Part shown: positions 1-10,120 of the stretch, piece by piece
Layout: each line of letters opens with the position of its first letter
Numbering within the stretch: position 1 is the stretch's first letter
Assembly: GCA_963805625.1 (NCBI GenBank)
Contig: CAWDVE010000010.1
Coordinates: forward strand, 1,472,001-1,536,000
DNA length: 64,000 bases
Source of the DNA: an uncultured Candidatus Rokubacteria bacterium
GTDB taxonomy: Bacteria; Methylomirabilota; Methylomirabilia; Rokubacteriales; DASRDR01
Direction of reading: 5' to 3'
Translations under genes and position numbers: made by a program
The notes under the pieces: generated by a model
Seen by the model: only the letters and a program-made list of their open reading frames with translations
The model's database searches: none
What the model was told of the DNA's origin: nothing

Positions 1-121
1 CCGAACCTTCGCAGGTCCTTGCCACCACACGTCCTCCAGGGGGTCGCCCGGTTAGTCGTCAGCCGGGGCAGGGCGATCCTGGACCCCTGGAGGCCCTCCG
101 TCTGGGCCCTCGGACAGCCCG

Positions 122-862
122 TCAGACGGCCAGGAGACGGTGCTTCAGGGCGGGATTCGCCTCGAGCTCGGCGGCGGGGCCCGCGTGGACGATTCGGCCG
201 TCGTCGATGACGTACGCGCGATCGGCGAGCCCGAGGGCCATCGAGGAGTTCTGCTCGACGAGCAGGATGGCGATCCCCTCGTTCCGCATCTCCTGGATGA
301 CCGCCATGATGTCCTCCACGATCCTGGGGGCGAGCCCCTGGGACGGCTCGTCCATGAGGACCAGCCGCGGGTGCATGAGGAGGGCGCGGGCGATCGCGAC
401 CAGCTGGGCTTCCCCGCCGGAGAGGTGCTCGCCGATCCGGTGCCGGAGACGTCCCAGGATCGGGAAGCGCTCGTAGACCCGCTCGAGTGTCCAGGCCCGC
501 ACCGCCTCGCGCGGCGGAAGCGCGCGGTTCAGCGCCATGGCGAGGTTCCGCTCCACGGTGAGCGTCGGGAAGACCCGGCGATTGTCCGGCACCCAGGCGA
601 TCCCCCGGCGCGCGACGAGATGGGTCGGCAGCCCCGTGACGTCGGTACCGTCGAAGGCGATCCGCCCTCGCCGGACCGGGACGAGCCCGAGGATGCTCTT
701 GATCGCGGTCGTCTTCCCTCGCCCGTTCCGGCCGAGGAGGCAGACCGTCTCGCCCGCCTGGACCTCGAGCGACAGCCCGCGCAGGATCTGGGCGTCTCCG
801 TAGAAGGTGTCGATCCCCTCGACCGTGAGAAGGGCCGACCCGGGCGAGGGTGGACCGTTCAC
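122..862 (-). CDS. livF: Branched-chain amino acid-type ABC transporter ATP-binding protein (LivF-like)
   Basis: Walker A GRNGRGKT, signature LSGGEAQ, Walker B LMDEPSQGLAP, LLVEQN. Confidence 0.9.
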   Translation of the reverse strand: MNGPPSPGSALLTVEGIDTFYGDAQILRGLSLEVQAGETVCLLGRNGRGKTTAIKSILGLVPVRRGRIAFDGTDVTGLPTHLVARRGIAWVPDNRRVFPTLTVERNLAMALNRALPPREAVRAWTLERVYERFPILGRLRHRIGEHLSGGEAQLVAIARALLMHPRLVLMDEPSQGLAPRIVEDIMAVIQEMRNEGIAILLVEQNSSMALGLADRAYVIDDGRIVHAGPAAELEANPALKHRLLAV

Positions 863-1662
863 GCGCGCGCCCCCCGCGGTGCCGGCGCCCCGAGACGTCC
901 GAGATAAGCCTCGCGGACTTCGGGGTGGTCCCGGATCGCCGCCGGCGGACCCTCCGCGATGACCTGGCCCCGGTGCAGCACCGTGACGTGGTGCGAGAGC
1001 GTGAGGACGAAGTCCATGTCGTGCTCGATCACGACGATCGTGAGCCGCGCGGAGAGCTGCTGGACCAGCTCGCGGAGCGTCTCCATCGGCCGCATCCCGA
1101 GTCCGCTCGTCGGCTCGTCGAGGAGGAGCAGCTCCGGCTCCCCGGCGAGCGCGACGCCGATCTCGAGCAGGCGTCGCTGGCCGTAGGAGAGATAGCGGGC
1201 GGCAACGCGCTCGCGCCCGGCGAGCCCGATCAGGCGCACGATCTGCGCGGCCCGGTCCTCCGCCTCGGTCACGGAGTCAGCGGGCGTCCAGCAATCGAAG
1301 CCTCGCGCCCGCATCGCGGGCACGGCCACCCGCACGTTCTCGAGCACCGTGTCGTCGTCGAAGAGGTTGAGGACCTGGAACGACCGGCAGATTCCCAGCC
1401 GGGCCCGGCGATGCGGGGGCAGGCGGGTGACGTCTCGCCCCTTGAATCGGATCTCGCCCGCGTCCGCGGCGAGGAAGCCGGTGAGGAGGTTGAAGCACGT
1501 CGTCTTCCCCGCTCCGTTCGGCCCGATCAGGGCCGACAGCCGGCCTGGCTCGAAGGCGAGGTCCACGCCATCGAGGACGACGTGACCGCCGAACGCCTTC
1601 CGGAGGCCGCGCGTCTCGAGGACGGGCGTCGCCCCGGATGCCCCGAGCGAGGCGCCGGTCAT
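859..1662 (-). CDS. livG: Branched-chain amino acid-type ABC transporter ATP-binding protein (LivG-like)
   Basis: GPNGAGKTT, LSYGQRRLLE, LLDEPTSG, IEHDM, C-terminal VREAYLG; 4-bp overlaps with neighbours. Confidence 0.9.
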   Translation of the reverse strand: MTGASLGASGATPVLETRGLRKAFGGHVVLDGVDLAFEPGRLSALIGPNGAGKTTCFNLLTGFLAADAGEIRFKGRDVTRLPPHRRARLGICRSFQVLNLFDDDTVLENVRVAVPAMRARGFDCWTPADSVTEAEDRAAQIVRLIGLAGRERVAARYLSYGQRRLLEIGVALAGEPELLLLDEPTSGLGMRPMETLRELVQQLSARLTIVVIEHDMDFVLTLSHHVTVLHRGQVIAEGPPAAIRDHPEVREAYLGRLGAPAPRGARA

Positions 1663-2697
1663 GACTCGCGCTCGTCGGGCACGCCCCGGGGGGCGGGCGC
1701 CGAGGACTCGCGCGCGCGGGCCGCCTGGGCCACGCCCGTGTCATGGAACCCGGCCGGCTGGCGGAGCCGCCGCACGACCCCGAGGATGCCCTCGGGCATG
1801 AAGAGGATGACCGCCATGAACAGGACGCCGTAGGCGAGCATCCAGTGGTCGGTCAAGGTCGACAGCACGTCGCGCAACACCAGGAAGACGACGACGCCGA
1901 GGACCGGCCCGTAGAAGCTCGCGAACCCCCCACCGATCAAGCACATGAGGACGACGTTGCCCGACTGCGACAGGCTCATCGGCTCGGCAAAGGCCCCAAA
2001 CCGTGCCAGCGCGTAAAGCCCCCCCGCCAGGCCGGCGAACCCACACGAGAGCGTGAACACCGCCCACTTGTACCGGGCCGCGTCGTACCCGACGGCGCGG
2101 GCGCGCGTCTCGCTCTGCCGGATCGCCCGGATGACCTGGCCGAACGGCGAGTTGACGATCCGCCAGAGGACGACCGTCGCGCCGACGAACCAGGCGTAGA
2201 CGAAGTAGTAGAAGGGCACGTTGTCCCGGAGCGCGTAACCGAGGACCGTCAGCCGGTTGATACCGGTGAGCCCGTCCTCGCCGCCGGTCCACGTGTCGAA
2301 GACGAAGACCATGAACCAGAACATGACGCCGAAGGCGATCGTGAGGAGGGAGAAGTAGATGCCGCGCCGGCGAGCGACGAAGAGCGCGACGACGGCGCCG
2401 CAAGAGGAGCGTCCCCGTTGCCGCCACGGCGAGCGGGAGGGCAAGCCCGCCGGTGACCCACTTCTGGGACATCCCCAGAAGGTAGCCGCCGATCCCGAAG
2501 AACGCCCCGTGGCCGAAGGCCGGGAGGCCGGTGTAGCCGAGCAGCAGGTTGTAGCCGAGGGCGAAGATGGCAAAGATCATCACCTCGGTGCCGAGGTACG
2601 TGTAGCCGAACCGAGGCAGGACGGTCGGCAGCAGGAGGAACAGGGCAAACATCGCCAGCATGGGAGGCGGCGCCCAGCGGGCGAGGACGGTGCCCAC
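1659..2697 (-). pseudogene. livM: LivM-like ABC permease split by a 1-bp frameshift near 2402 (sequencing error or pseudogene)
   Basis: N-terminal half (NLLLGYTGLPAFGHGAFFGIG) is in ORF 1741..2697. C-terminal half (GIYFSLLTIAF, TGGEDGL, SPFG..IRAIRQSE) is in ORF 1659..2573. Confidence 0.85.
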
Positions 2698-2703
2698 GGG
2701 GAA

Positions 2704-3585
2704 CTAGAGCTCCAGGACCGACTTCTGGCCCATGAGGCCGCGGGGGCGCCAGAGCAGGATGACCGCCATGAGAACGTACATCACGAGGATCGAGCCCCGC
2801 GGCACCACGAGGTTCGAGAGCCCGCTCACGGTACCGAGCAGGAGACCGCCGATGACGGCACCCCAGAAGGAACCGATCCCGCCGATCACCACCACGATGA
2901 ATGCGGGCATCACCGCCTCGGCACCCACGGTGGGCTTGAGGCTCCACATCGGCGCCGCGATCACGCCGGCGACGCCCGCCATCACCGTCCCGAGCGAGAA
3001 CACGAGGCTCCGCAGGCGGCCGAGGTCGATCCCGAGCGCCCGCACCATCTCGCCGTCGTGCGCGCCGGCCTTCATGATGGCGCCGTACGGCGTCTTCTCG
3101 AGGAACCACCACACGAGGGCGAGGAGCACGATCGCGAGGACCGCGACGAGGATCCGGTATCGCGAGTAGACGAGGAATCCCCACTGGAAGCGGCCCGCCA
3201 CGAACGCAGGCGCGGAGATCGTGTACCCGCGCGGGGTCCACACGATCCGGATCACTTCCTCCAGCGCCAGCGCGGCGCCGAAGGTGAACAGGAGCCCGAA
3301 GAGGGGATCCTTTCCGTAGGTCCGCCGGACGCCCCGCTCGAGCGCGAATCCGACCAGGCCCACGCCGAGCGGCGCCAGCAGGAGCGCGCCCCACCACCCG
3401 ACGCGCGGCTGGAGCGCGAGCGCGAAGTAGCCGCCCAGGGCGAAGAGGACGCCGTGGGCAAAGTTGATCACCTCCATCGTCCCCAGGATCAGCATGAACC
3501 CAAGCGCGATGAGGGCGTAGAGGAGCCCCAGCACGAGGCCGTTCAGCAGCTGCGTGACGAGCTCGGCCAGCCCCGGCATCACCAC
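2704..3585 (-). CDS. livH: LivH-like ABC permease
   Basis: QLLNGLVLG, VINFAHG, VVVIGGIGSFWGA, RPRGLMG motifs. Confidence 0.9.
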   Translation of the reverse strand: MVMPGLAELVTQLLNGLVLGLLYALIALGFMLILGTMEVINFAHGVLFALGGYFALALQPRVGWWGALLLAPLGVGLVGFALERGVRRTYGKDPLFGLLFTFGAALALEEVIRIVWTPRGYTISAPAFVAGRFQWGFLVYSRYRILVAVLAIVLLALVWWFLEKTPYGAIMKAGAHDGEMVRALGIDLGRLRSLVFSLGTVMAGVAGVIAAPMWSLKPTVGAEAVMPAFIVVVIGGIGSFWGAVIGGLLLGTVSGLSNLVVPRGSILVMYVLMAVILLWRPRGLMGQKSVLEL

Positions 3586-3882
3586 CTCACTCGCGTGACT
3601 CTGAGAATGTCGGAGCGTGTCCGCTGGCGTCCGGCATGGCGGCGATCACGACGAAGGCGCGCTTCTCATGGAAATCATGGGGGGGCCACCGAGGTGGCCG
3701 ATCCGCCTCACGTGACCCAGCACCCTCGGTACAGGTCGTCCGCCCCGTGATGTCGTCGGTTTCGAGATGGATGGCGGTCACTCCCCGCCGGGGGAAGCCC
3801 CGCACGACCGCCCGGGTTCGGGGGCGGAGGTTGACGATCCTCACCGATCGCCGGCCTCCGCCCGGGCGCGAGCCAGGGCGCT

Positions 3883-5170
3883 CTACCCGCCGTACACCGG
3901 GGTGTCGGCGAGCGACTGCATCTTGCACTTCGAGAGATCGCGCGGCGGCGACACTTCCTCCGGCGAGAGGTCCGCGATCAGCTCGATCAGGTCGTACTTC
4001 TCCTTCATCTCCTTCTCTTTCTTCGCCCGAGCGAGGAAGAGCATCTGGCCGACCAGGTGGTCCCACTCTCTGATCGTCGACGGGTACTTGCGGAAGTTGT
4101 CCTTGATGACGTGCCCCTCGAGCGCCTTGATGACCTCGTGGTTCCGCGTCGTCCCCGCCCGCTCGATCGCCCGGAACAGCTCGCGGGTCGCGATGTACCC
4201 GTTGCACGAGACGTTGTCGGGCACCTCGATCGGCGCGCCAGCCCAGCGCTTGCGGAACCGCTGGTACGAACTCCTGCGCCCCGGGATCCGTCAGGTTGTA
4301 GTGCCACGTCGTCGTGAAGTAGCCGAAGGCCTTCTTGGCGCCGAGCGCGAAGAGGTCGGGGTAGTCCTGCTGCGGGAACACCCAGTGGGCGTCCTTCTCG
4401 GAGCCGAACTCGTTCGCCTGCTCCCGGAGGGCGGTCTGCTCGATGCCCGCCACGTTCGCGAAGACGACCTCGGGCTTGGCGCTGCGGATCCGGAGGAGCT
4501 GGGCGCTGAAGTCACGCGTCCCCTGGGGGACCATCAGCTCCCCTACCTCCTCGGCGCCGACCTTCTTCATGATGTCGCGCGTGCCGGCGGTGACGTTCTT
4601 CCCCCAGACGTAGTCGTGCGTCAGGATGAACCACTTCTTTCCGAGGTTCTTGGCGACGAGCGGCCCGAGCGCCTGGTTGAACATGTAGCCGTTGGCGTCC
4701 CACACGAAGTTGACGCGCTGACACTTCTCGCCGGAGACCGTGTCGGCGCTCGAGTTCGAGTTGAAATAGACGATCCCGTACCGCTGGGCGAGCTCCGAGA
4801 GGGGCGCCGCGACGCCGCTCGACAAGGCGCCGATCATGAAGTCGATCTTGTCGCGCTCGATGAGCTTCTGCGCCTTCCGTACCGCCACCGACGGGTCGGT
4901 CTCGGTGTCCTCCCAGCGGGCCTCGATCGGACGGCCGAGCACGCCGCCGCGGGCGTTCTGCTCCTCGATGGCAAGGATCATCCCGCGCCGGTCCGCCTGG
5001 CCGCTGTCGGCGAAGGTGCCGGTGGCGTCGCAGGTGAGGCCGATGATGAGCGGTTTCTTCGCCTGGGCGCGGGCCCAGCGCCAGTTCCCGATGAAGCCCA
5101 CCCCCGCCCCGAACGCCGCCGCGCCCCTCAGGACCTGCCGTCGGCTCGGTCGCCAGCCCTGGTCAGCCAT
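3883..5170 (-). pseudogene. Tat-exported LivK/LivJ-family substrate-binding protein with a 1-bp frameshift near 4265
   Basis: Tat motif SRRQVLRG and NARGGVLGRPIE. After AQEFV the frame shifts to QRFRKRW..PDNVSCNGY and continues in ORF 3883..4224 to a stop at 3883. Confidence 0.8.
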
Positions 5171-5209
5171 CGTGCCCCTCCTTGTCTTCCGGGTGGTTGT
5201 TCATCCGCG

Positions 5210-5989
5210 TCACGTCGTCTCGGCCAGTCGCTCCATGGCCCGCAGGCGGTGCGTCTCCACGGCCCGGGTCGCCCGGGGCCAGTCGGCCGCCTCGAGGGCC
5301 CGCAGGATCTCCTCGTGCTCGGCGAGCGACTCGGCCGCGAAGCCGCCCCGCCGCGCGTGCATGATCACGCGGTAGTATTCGCCCCGGTCCCAGACGTTCT
5401 GGAGCAGCTGGAGCACCTGCTTGAGGCCCGAGGCCTCCCAGAGCCGCCGGTGGAACTCGCTGTCCGCCGCGACCGCGAGCGCCGTGTTGCCGGCGCCCCG
5501 GGCCGCGATCATGTCCTTTTGGAGCCCGCGGAGCCCGGCCAGGAGCGGCGGGGTGATCCGGCCTGCGGCCTCGCGCAGGCACAAGGCCTCGAGGGCGGCC
5601 ATCAGGAGGAAGCGCTCGCGGAACTCCCCCGGCGAGAGGCCCGCCACCACCACGTCCTTGTGCGGATTGATCCGGACGAAGCCCTCGCTCTCCAGGCGCC
5701 GGAGCGCCTGGAGCACCGGGATGCGGCTGATGCCTGCCGCCTGGGCGACCGCGCCGGCCACGATGCGCTCACCGGGCGCGAGCCGACCCTCGACGAGGGC
5801 CTGGCGGAGATGACGATAGGCGAGCTCCTCGAGCGTCTGCCGGCGGATGGGCTCCTCGAAGAGGGGGCGGCGGGCGCCGTCGCTCGCCTTGCCGGGCCTG
5901 GATCGCCGCGCCGGAGTGGCGCGCGGCGGCGCATCACGGGACGTGCGGCGCGTCGGCACGAGGGCGGCCCGGCGGGCCCCGGCCTTCAT
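5210..5989 (-). CDS. GntR family transcriptional regulator (FCD domain)
   Basis: wHTH LRQALVEGRLAPGERI..ISRIPVLQAL; FCD motifs DSEFH and EHEEILRAL. Confidence 0.9.
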   Translation of the reverse strand: MKAGARRAALVPTRRTSRDAPPRATPARRSRPGKASDGARRPLFEEPIRRQTLEELAYRHLRQALVEGRLAPGERIVAGAVAQAAGISRIPVLQALRRLESEGFVRINPHKDVVVAGLSPGEFRERFLLMAALEALCLREAAGRITPPLLAGLRGLQKDMIAARGAGNTALAVAADSEFHRRLWEASGLKQVLQLLQNVWDRGEYYRVIMHARRGGFAAESLAEHEEILRALEAADWPRATRAVETHRLRAMERLAETT

Positions 5990-5993
5990 GGAC

Positions 5994-6026
5994 TGTATAC
6001 AATATGCATGTGCCCCGTGCTGTCAA
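5994..6026 (-). promoter_or_regulatory. Sigma70-type promoter of gntR with an overlapping TGTATACA palindrome (likely GntR operator)
   Basis: The minus strand reads TTGACA-16nt-TATTGT-ATACAGTCC-ATG. This is an AT-rich island in very GC-rich DNA, with palindrome TGTATACA at 5994-6001. Confidence 0.6.
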
Positions 6027-6103
6027 GGACGATCGGCCGAAGGCTGGCGGCCTGGGGTGGCCCCTGGGAAACCGCCGAGCGGAGCTCGGGTCTCGCCGGG
6101 ATT

Positions 6104-6135
6104 CCGGGGAGCCCTCGACCGACGGGGCTCCCCGG
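6104..6135 (-). terminator. GC-rich stem-loop downstream of the family-5 binding protein gene
   Basis: CCGGGGAGCCC-10nt-GGGCTCCCCGG forms an 11-bp stem; no U-tract. Confidence 0.45.
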
Positions 6136-6147
6136 GTCGGCGTGACG

Positions 6148-7704
6148 CTACATCCAGGACATCTCCTGCGGCACGAGCACGCCCGTCGGGAACGGCTGGT
6201 AGGCGAGATCCTTCTTCATGACGACCGGCTGGACCACCTGGAAGAGCGGGACGATGTAGCCCTTCTCGACGATGTAGCGCGCCGCCTTCTTCGCCGCGGC
6301 GATGCGCTTCGGCTCGTCGCGCTCGTCGAAGATCGGGTCGATCAGGGGGACGACGTCCTCCGACTCCCACACGCGGAACGGTCCCTTGACGTTGTTCTGG
6401 AAGCCCACCGAGTTGATCGGGTCGCCGGTGGGATTGGACCAGAAGTAGAGGGAGAGCGGGGCGAGATCCTGGCCCCCCTGCCCGCGGGCCGTCCGAAACT
6501 GAAACCACTGCGGGATCGTGATGACCTCCAGCTCGGCCTCGATGCCGACGTCCTTCCACATCTGCGCGATCGCGGACATGAACTCGAAGTCCTTCGCGCG
6601 GACGCCGCGGGTCGTCATGACCTTGAGGCGGAGCGGGCTGGATGCCGAGTATCCGGCCGTCTGGAGGAGCTGCCGCGCCTTCGCGGGATCGTAGGGGAAG
6701 CTGAAGGACGGGTCGTACGCGTCGTAGAGCGGCGCCTCGGTGAGCGACAGCGGCATGCCGAACCCGAGCAGCACCTTCTCGACGATCGCCTTCTTGTCGA
6801 TCGCGTGGTGGACCGCCAGGCGCACCTCTTCCTTCTTGAACGGCTCGAAGCGGGGATTCAGGAAGATCTGCGCCATGTCCGCGACCGGCTGCTTCACCCC
6901 CTTGAGGGTCGGCTGGGTCGAGAGCCGGCCGAACTCCTCGACGGGGACCTCGGACGTGATGTCGGCGTTCCCCGACAGGATCTCCGCCACCCGGGCCGTC
7001 GGATCGGTGACCATCTTGAAGACGGCCCGCTTGATGGGCGGCGCGCCCTTCCAGTAGCGGTCGAACGCCTCCAGGACGAGGGTGCTCCCGGGCGTGAAGG
7101 CCACCACCCGGTACGGCCCCGAGCCGACCGGCTTTCGCGCGAACTCCTCCCCCCGCGCCTTGTCGTCCGGGCCGAGGGACTGAAAGTACCCCTGGGGAAC
7201 GACGAAGCCGGCCAGGAAGCCGAGCCAGCGCGGGAACGAGGGATCGAACCGCTCGAAGACCAGCTGGAGGGTGGCCTTGTCGCGGACCTGGTACTCCTTG
7301 ACCTTCGCGTACGTCGCCTTGTAGATCGAGACCTCCTTCAGCCGGTTCATGCTGAAGGCGACGTCCTCGGCGGTGAGGTCCGACCCGTCGTGGAACTTCA
7401 CGCCCTGGCGGACCTTGACGGCCATGCCCATCTTGCCGTCGGTCCACTGCCAGCTCTCGATGATCTGCGGCCCGTACTTGCCCTGCCGGTCCTGCTGGAG
7501 GAAGCGGTCGAACACCGCCTCGTACATCGACTCCCGGGGGCTGTTGCGCGGAGCCGGGTGCGGGTCCATCGAGGTGACCGTCTCCGGGAAGGCGATCGTC
7601 ACCACCTGCTTCTTCTGGGCGTGGGCGAGGGTGGCGCGCACGCCGGTCGCCAGGGCGGCCGCGCCGCCGGTTGCACGCAGGAACGTCCGTCGCGTCATCC
7701 GCAT
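6148..7704 (-). CDS. ABC transporter substrate-binding protein, family 5 (DppA/OppA-like), Tat signal
   Basis: MTRRTFLR Tat motif, VKFHDGSDLTAEDVAFS, PVGSGPY, VRLAVHHAIDK; GGAGG RBS before 7704. Confidence 0.88.
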   Translation of the reverse strand: MRMTRRTFLRATGGAAALATGVRATLAHAQKKQVVTIAFPETVTSMDPHPAPRNSPRESMYEAVFDRFLQQDRQGKYGPQIIESWQWTDGKMGMAVKVRQGVKFHDGSDLTAEDVAFSMNRLKEVSIYKATYAKVKEYQVRDKATLQLVFERFDPSFPRWLGFLAGFVVPQGYFQSLGPDDKARGEEFARKPVGSGPYRVVAFTPGSTLVLEAFDRYWKGAPPIKRAVFKMVTDPTARVAEILSGNADITSEVPVEEFGRLSTQPTLKGVKQPVADMAQIFLNPRFEPFKKEEVRLAVHHAIDKKAIVEKVLLGFGMPLSLTEAPLYDAYDPSFSFPYDPAKARQLLQTAGYSASSPLRLKVMTTRGVRAKDFEFMSAIAQMWKDVGIEAELEVITIPQWFQFRTARGQGGQDLAPLSLYFWSNPTGDPINSVGFQNNVKGPFRVWESEDVVPLIDPIFDERDEPKRIAAAKKAARYIVEKGYIVPLFQVVQPVVMKKDLAYQPFPTGVLVPQEMSWM

Positions 7705-7759
7705 GGGTCTGCCTCCGGTGTCATTGATTCGCATGGGGTTCGGATGGGGTTCAGGGGGC

Positions 7760-10120
7760 TCAGGTTCCGGCCTCGGCGGTTCGCGCCGCCCGGAGCGCAC
7801 GGTACACGCGCTCGGGCGTCATCGGAAGCTCGGTGATCCGCACCCCGGTCGCGTCCTTCACCGCGTTCGCGACCGCGGCGGAGATGGGAATCGTCCCCGC
7901 CTCGCCGAGCCCCTTCGCCCCGAAGGGCCCGGCCTCGTCCACCGTCTCGATCAGCGTGATCAGGACCTCGGGCATGTCGGGGGCCGTGAGGAGCTTGTAG
8001 TCGAGGAATCCCGGGTTCAGCACGCGCCCGTCCCGGAGCCGGAGCTCCTCGGTGAGACAGTAGCCGAGCCCCATATGGATGCCGCCCTCGATCTGACCCT
8101 CGCAGCCGACCGGATTCAGGGCCCGCCCCACGTCGTGCGCGGAGGCGACCCGCACCACCTCGATCTTGCCCGTCGCCTCCTCCACCTCGACCAGGGCCGC
8201 CTGCGCCGCGAAGCCGTATGTCACCGACACGTTGCCCCGGAAGTCCTTGTCCAGCATCTGGGTCGGCGGGTCGTAGAACGCCTGCCCCATCAGAATCCGG
8301 CCGCCCTCGCGGAAGTGCCCCGCCCGGACGACCCGCTCGTACGCCATCCGGCGCTGGGGTGCCGCCGTAACGTACACGTACCCGTCCTCGACGTCGAGCG
8401 CCTCGGCCAGCTCGTCGAGTTGGGGGGCGCCGAGCGCGAGGAGCTGCCGCTTCACGTCCCGGGCCGCCAGGAGCGCGGCGTTTCCCGCGATGAACGTGGT
8501 CCGGCTCGCGTGGACGCCGACGTCCCAGGGTTTGACGGCCGTGTCGTTGTTCACGACGTCGACCCGCCCGAGCGGGATCCCCAGCTCCTCGGCGACGATC
8601 ATCGCAAGGACCGTCTCCGACCCCTGCCCGATCTCGCTGGCGCCGGTGATCAGCGTCACCTTCCCGAAGTCGTCGAGCTTGACGATTGCCCCGCAGCCGT
8701 CGGAGCGGTACACGCGCGCGCCACCTCCCACGTGGAACATGCCCGCGTAGCCGATCCCCCGCACCCAGCCTGGCCGGAGCGGCCGCTCGACGGGCCGGCG
8801 GATGTCGCGCGCGACCGCGTCGAAGCACTCGGCGAGCGCGCAGCTCGTGATCCGGAGACCCTGCGGCGTCACGTCTCCCGGGCGGTTCGCGTTCCGGCGC
8901 CGGATCTCCAGGCGGTCCAGCCCGAGCCGCTCGGCGAGGTCGTCCATCTGCGCCTCGACGGCGAAGGTGGACTCGAGGTTGCCGTAGCCCCGCATCGAGC
9001 CCGAGTACACGTTGTTCGTGTAGACGATCGCCGTGTCGAACCGGATGTTCGGGCAGCGGTAGAAGCCAGCGAGCGTCGTCATCATCACGTACGGCGTCGT
9101 CGACCCCCAGGACACGTAGGCGCCGTTGTCGATCAGGACCCGCGCGTCCCGCCCGATGAGCGTCCCGTCCGCCCGGGCGGCGGTACGGAGCGTGAAGACG
9201 CACGGCTCGCGCGTCGGGCTTGCGACGAACTCTTCCTCCCGGTCGAACACAATCTTCACCGGCCGGCTGACGTGCCGGGCCAGGAGCGCCGCGATGATGT
9301 CGATCGGGTAGAGATCGAGGCCCCGGCCGAAGTTCCCACCGACCGGCGGCTGGATGACGCGGATGCGGTCCCCGGAGATGCCCAGCGCCTCCGCGAGGTC
9401 GCGCTGGTAGAGGAACGGGATCTGGGTCATCGACCACATCGTGAGATTCCCGCGCGGATCCCACTGGGCGACCGCCGCCATGGTGCCGAGGCACGCGGTG
9501 GTGACGTAGTTCAGGCGGTAGGTCCCCTCGACCACCACGTCCGCCTCGCGGAAGGCGCGGTCGACGTCGCCGGCCGTGAACTTGTAGGTGAAGTTGACCA
9601 GGTTCCCCGGACACTGCGGGTGGATCCGGGGCGCCTCCGGTCGGAGCGCCGCTTCGGGGTCGAAGACCGCCGGCAGCTCCTCGTAGTCCACGTCGATCAG
9701 CCGGCACGCCTCCGCCGCGATCTCCTCGGTCTCGGCGGCCACGGCGGCGACCTCGTCACGGATGCAGCGCACGATGTCAGTCTTGAGGGCGAGGTGGTCC
9801 TTCGCGTACCCGAACGGGCGCTGCGCCACGTTCCGGCCCGTGACCACGCCCAGGACGCCCGGGAGCGCCTCGGCGCGGGTCGTGTCAATCCGGGTGATGC
9901 GAGCGTGTGGAACCCGCGTCCGCAGGATCTTGCCCCAGACCATCCCCGGCATCTCGAGGTCGGGGAGGTACTGGACCGCGCCCGTCACCTTCTCCACGGC
10001 GTCGAGCTTGGCGACGCGCGTGCCGATGACGCGGAACGGCCGGGCCGGGTGCGGGCTCGCCGGCGCGCCGGTGCCCCCGGCAATCTCGCGCGGCCCCGGA
10101 CGCCCCTCGGACCGGCTCAC
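7760..10120 (-). CDS. Xanthine dehydrogenase-family molybdopterin-binding large subunit (CoxL/XdhA-like)
   Basis: KVTGAVQY, VGGNFG, MRGYG, EIGQGSET, GQIEGG, GAKGLGE; start placed at the GTG overlapping the upstream stop. Confidence 0.92.
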   Translation of the reverse strand: MSRSEGRPGPREIAGGTGAPASPHPARPFRVIGTRVAKLDAVEKVTGAVQYLPDLEMPGMVWGKILRTRVPHARITRIDTTRAEALPGVLGVVTGRNVAQRPFGYAKDHLALKTDIVRCIRDEVAAVAAETEEIAAEACRLIDVDYEELPAVFDPEAALRPEAPRIHPQCPGNLVNFTYKFTAGDVDRAFREADVVVEGTYRLNYVTTACLGTMAAVAQWDPRGNLTMWSMTQIPFLYQRDLAEALGISGDRIRVIQPPVGGNFGRGLDLYPIDIIAALLARHVSRPVKIVFDREEEFVASPTREPCVFTLRTAARADGTLIGRDARVLIDNGAYVSWGSTTPYVMMTTLAGFYRCPNIRFDTAIVYTNNVYSGSMRGYGNLESTFAVEAQMDDLAERLGLDRLEIRRRNANRPGDVTPQGLRITSCALAECFDAVARDIRRPVERPLRPGWVRGIGYAGMFHVGGGARVYRSDGCGAIVKLDDFGKVTLITGASEIGQGSETVLAMIVAEELGIPLGRVDVVNNDTAVKPWDVGVHASRTTFIAGNAALLAARDVKRQLLALGAPQLDELAEALDVEDGYVYVTAAPQRRMAYERVVRAGHFREGGRILMGQAFYDPPTQMLDKDFRGNVSVTYGFAAQAALVEVEEATGKIEVVRVASAHDVGRALNPVGCEGQIEGGIHMGLGYCLTEELRLRDGRVLNPGFLDYKLLTAPDMPEVLITLIETVDEAGPFGAKGLGEAGTIPISAAVANAVKDATGVRITELPMTPERVYRALRAARTAEAGT

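Noticed and set aside
1-28. Possible start of the next minus-strand gene (GGAGG then GTG GCA AGG ACC TGC)
   Set aside because: Too little sequence to support a call.
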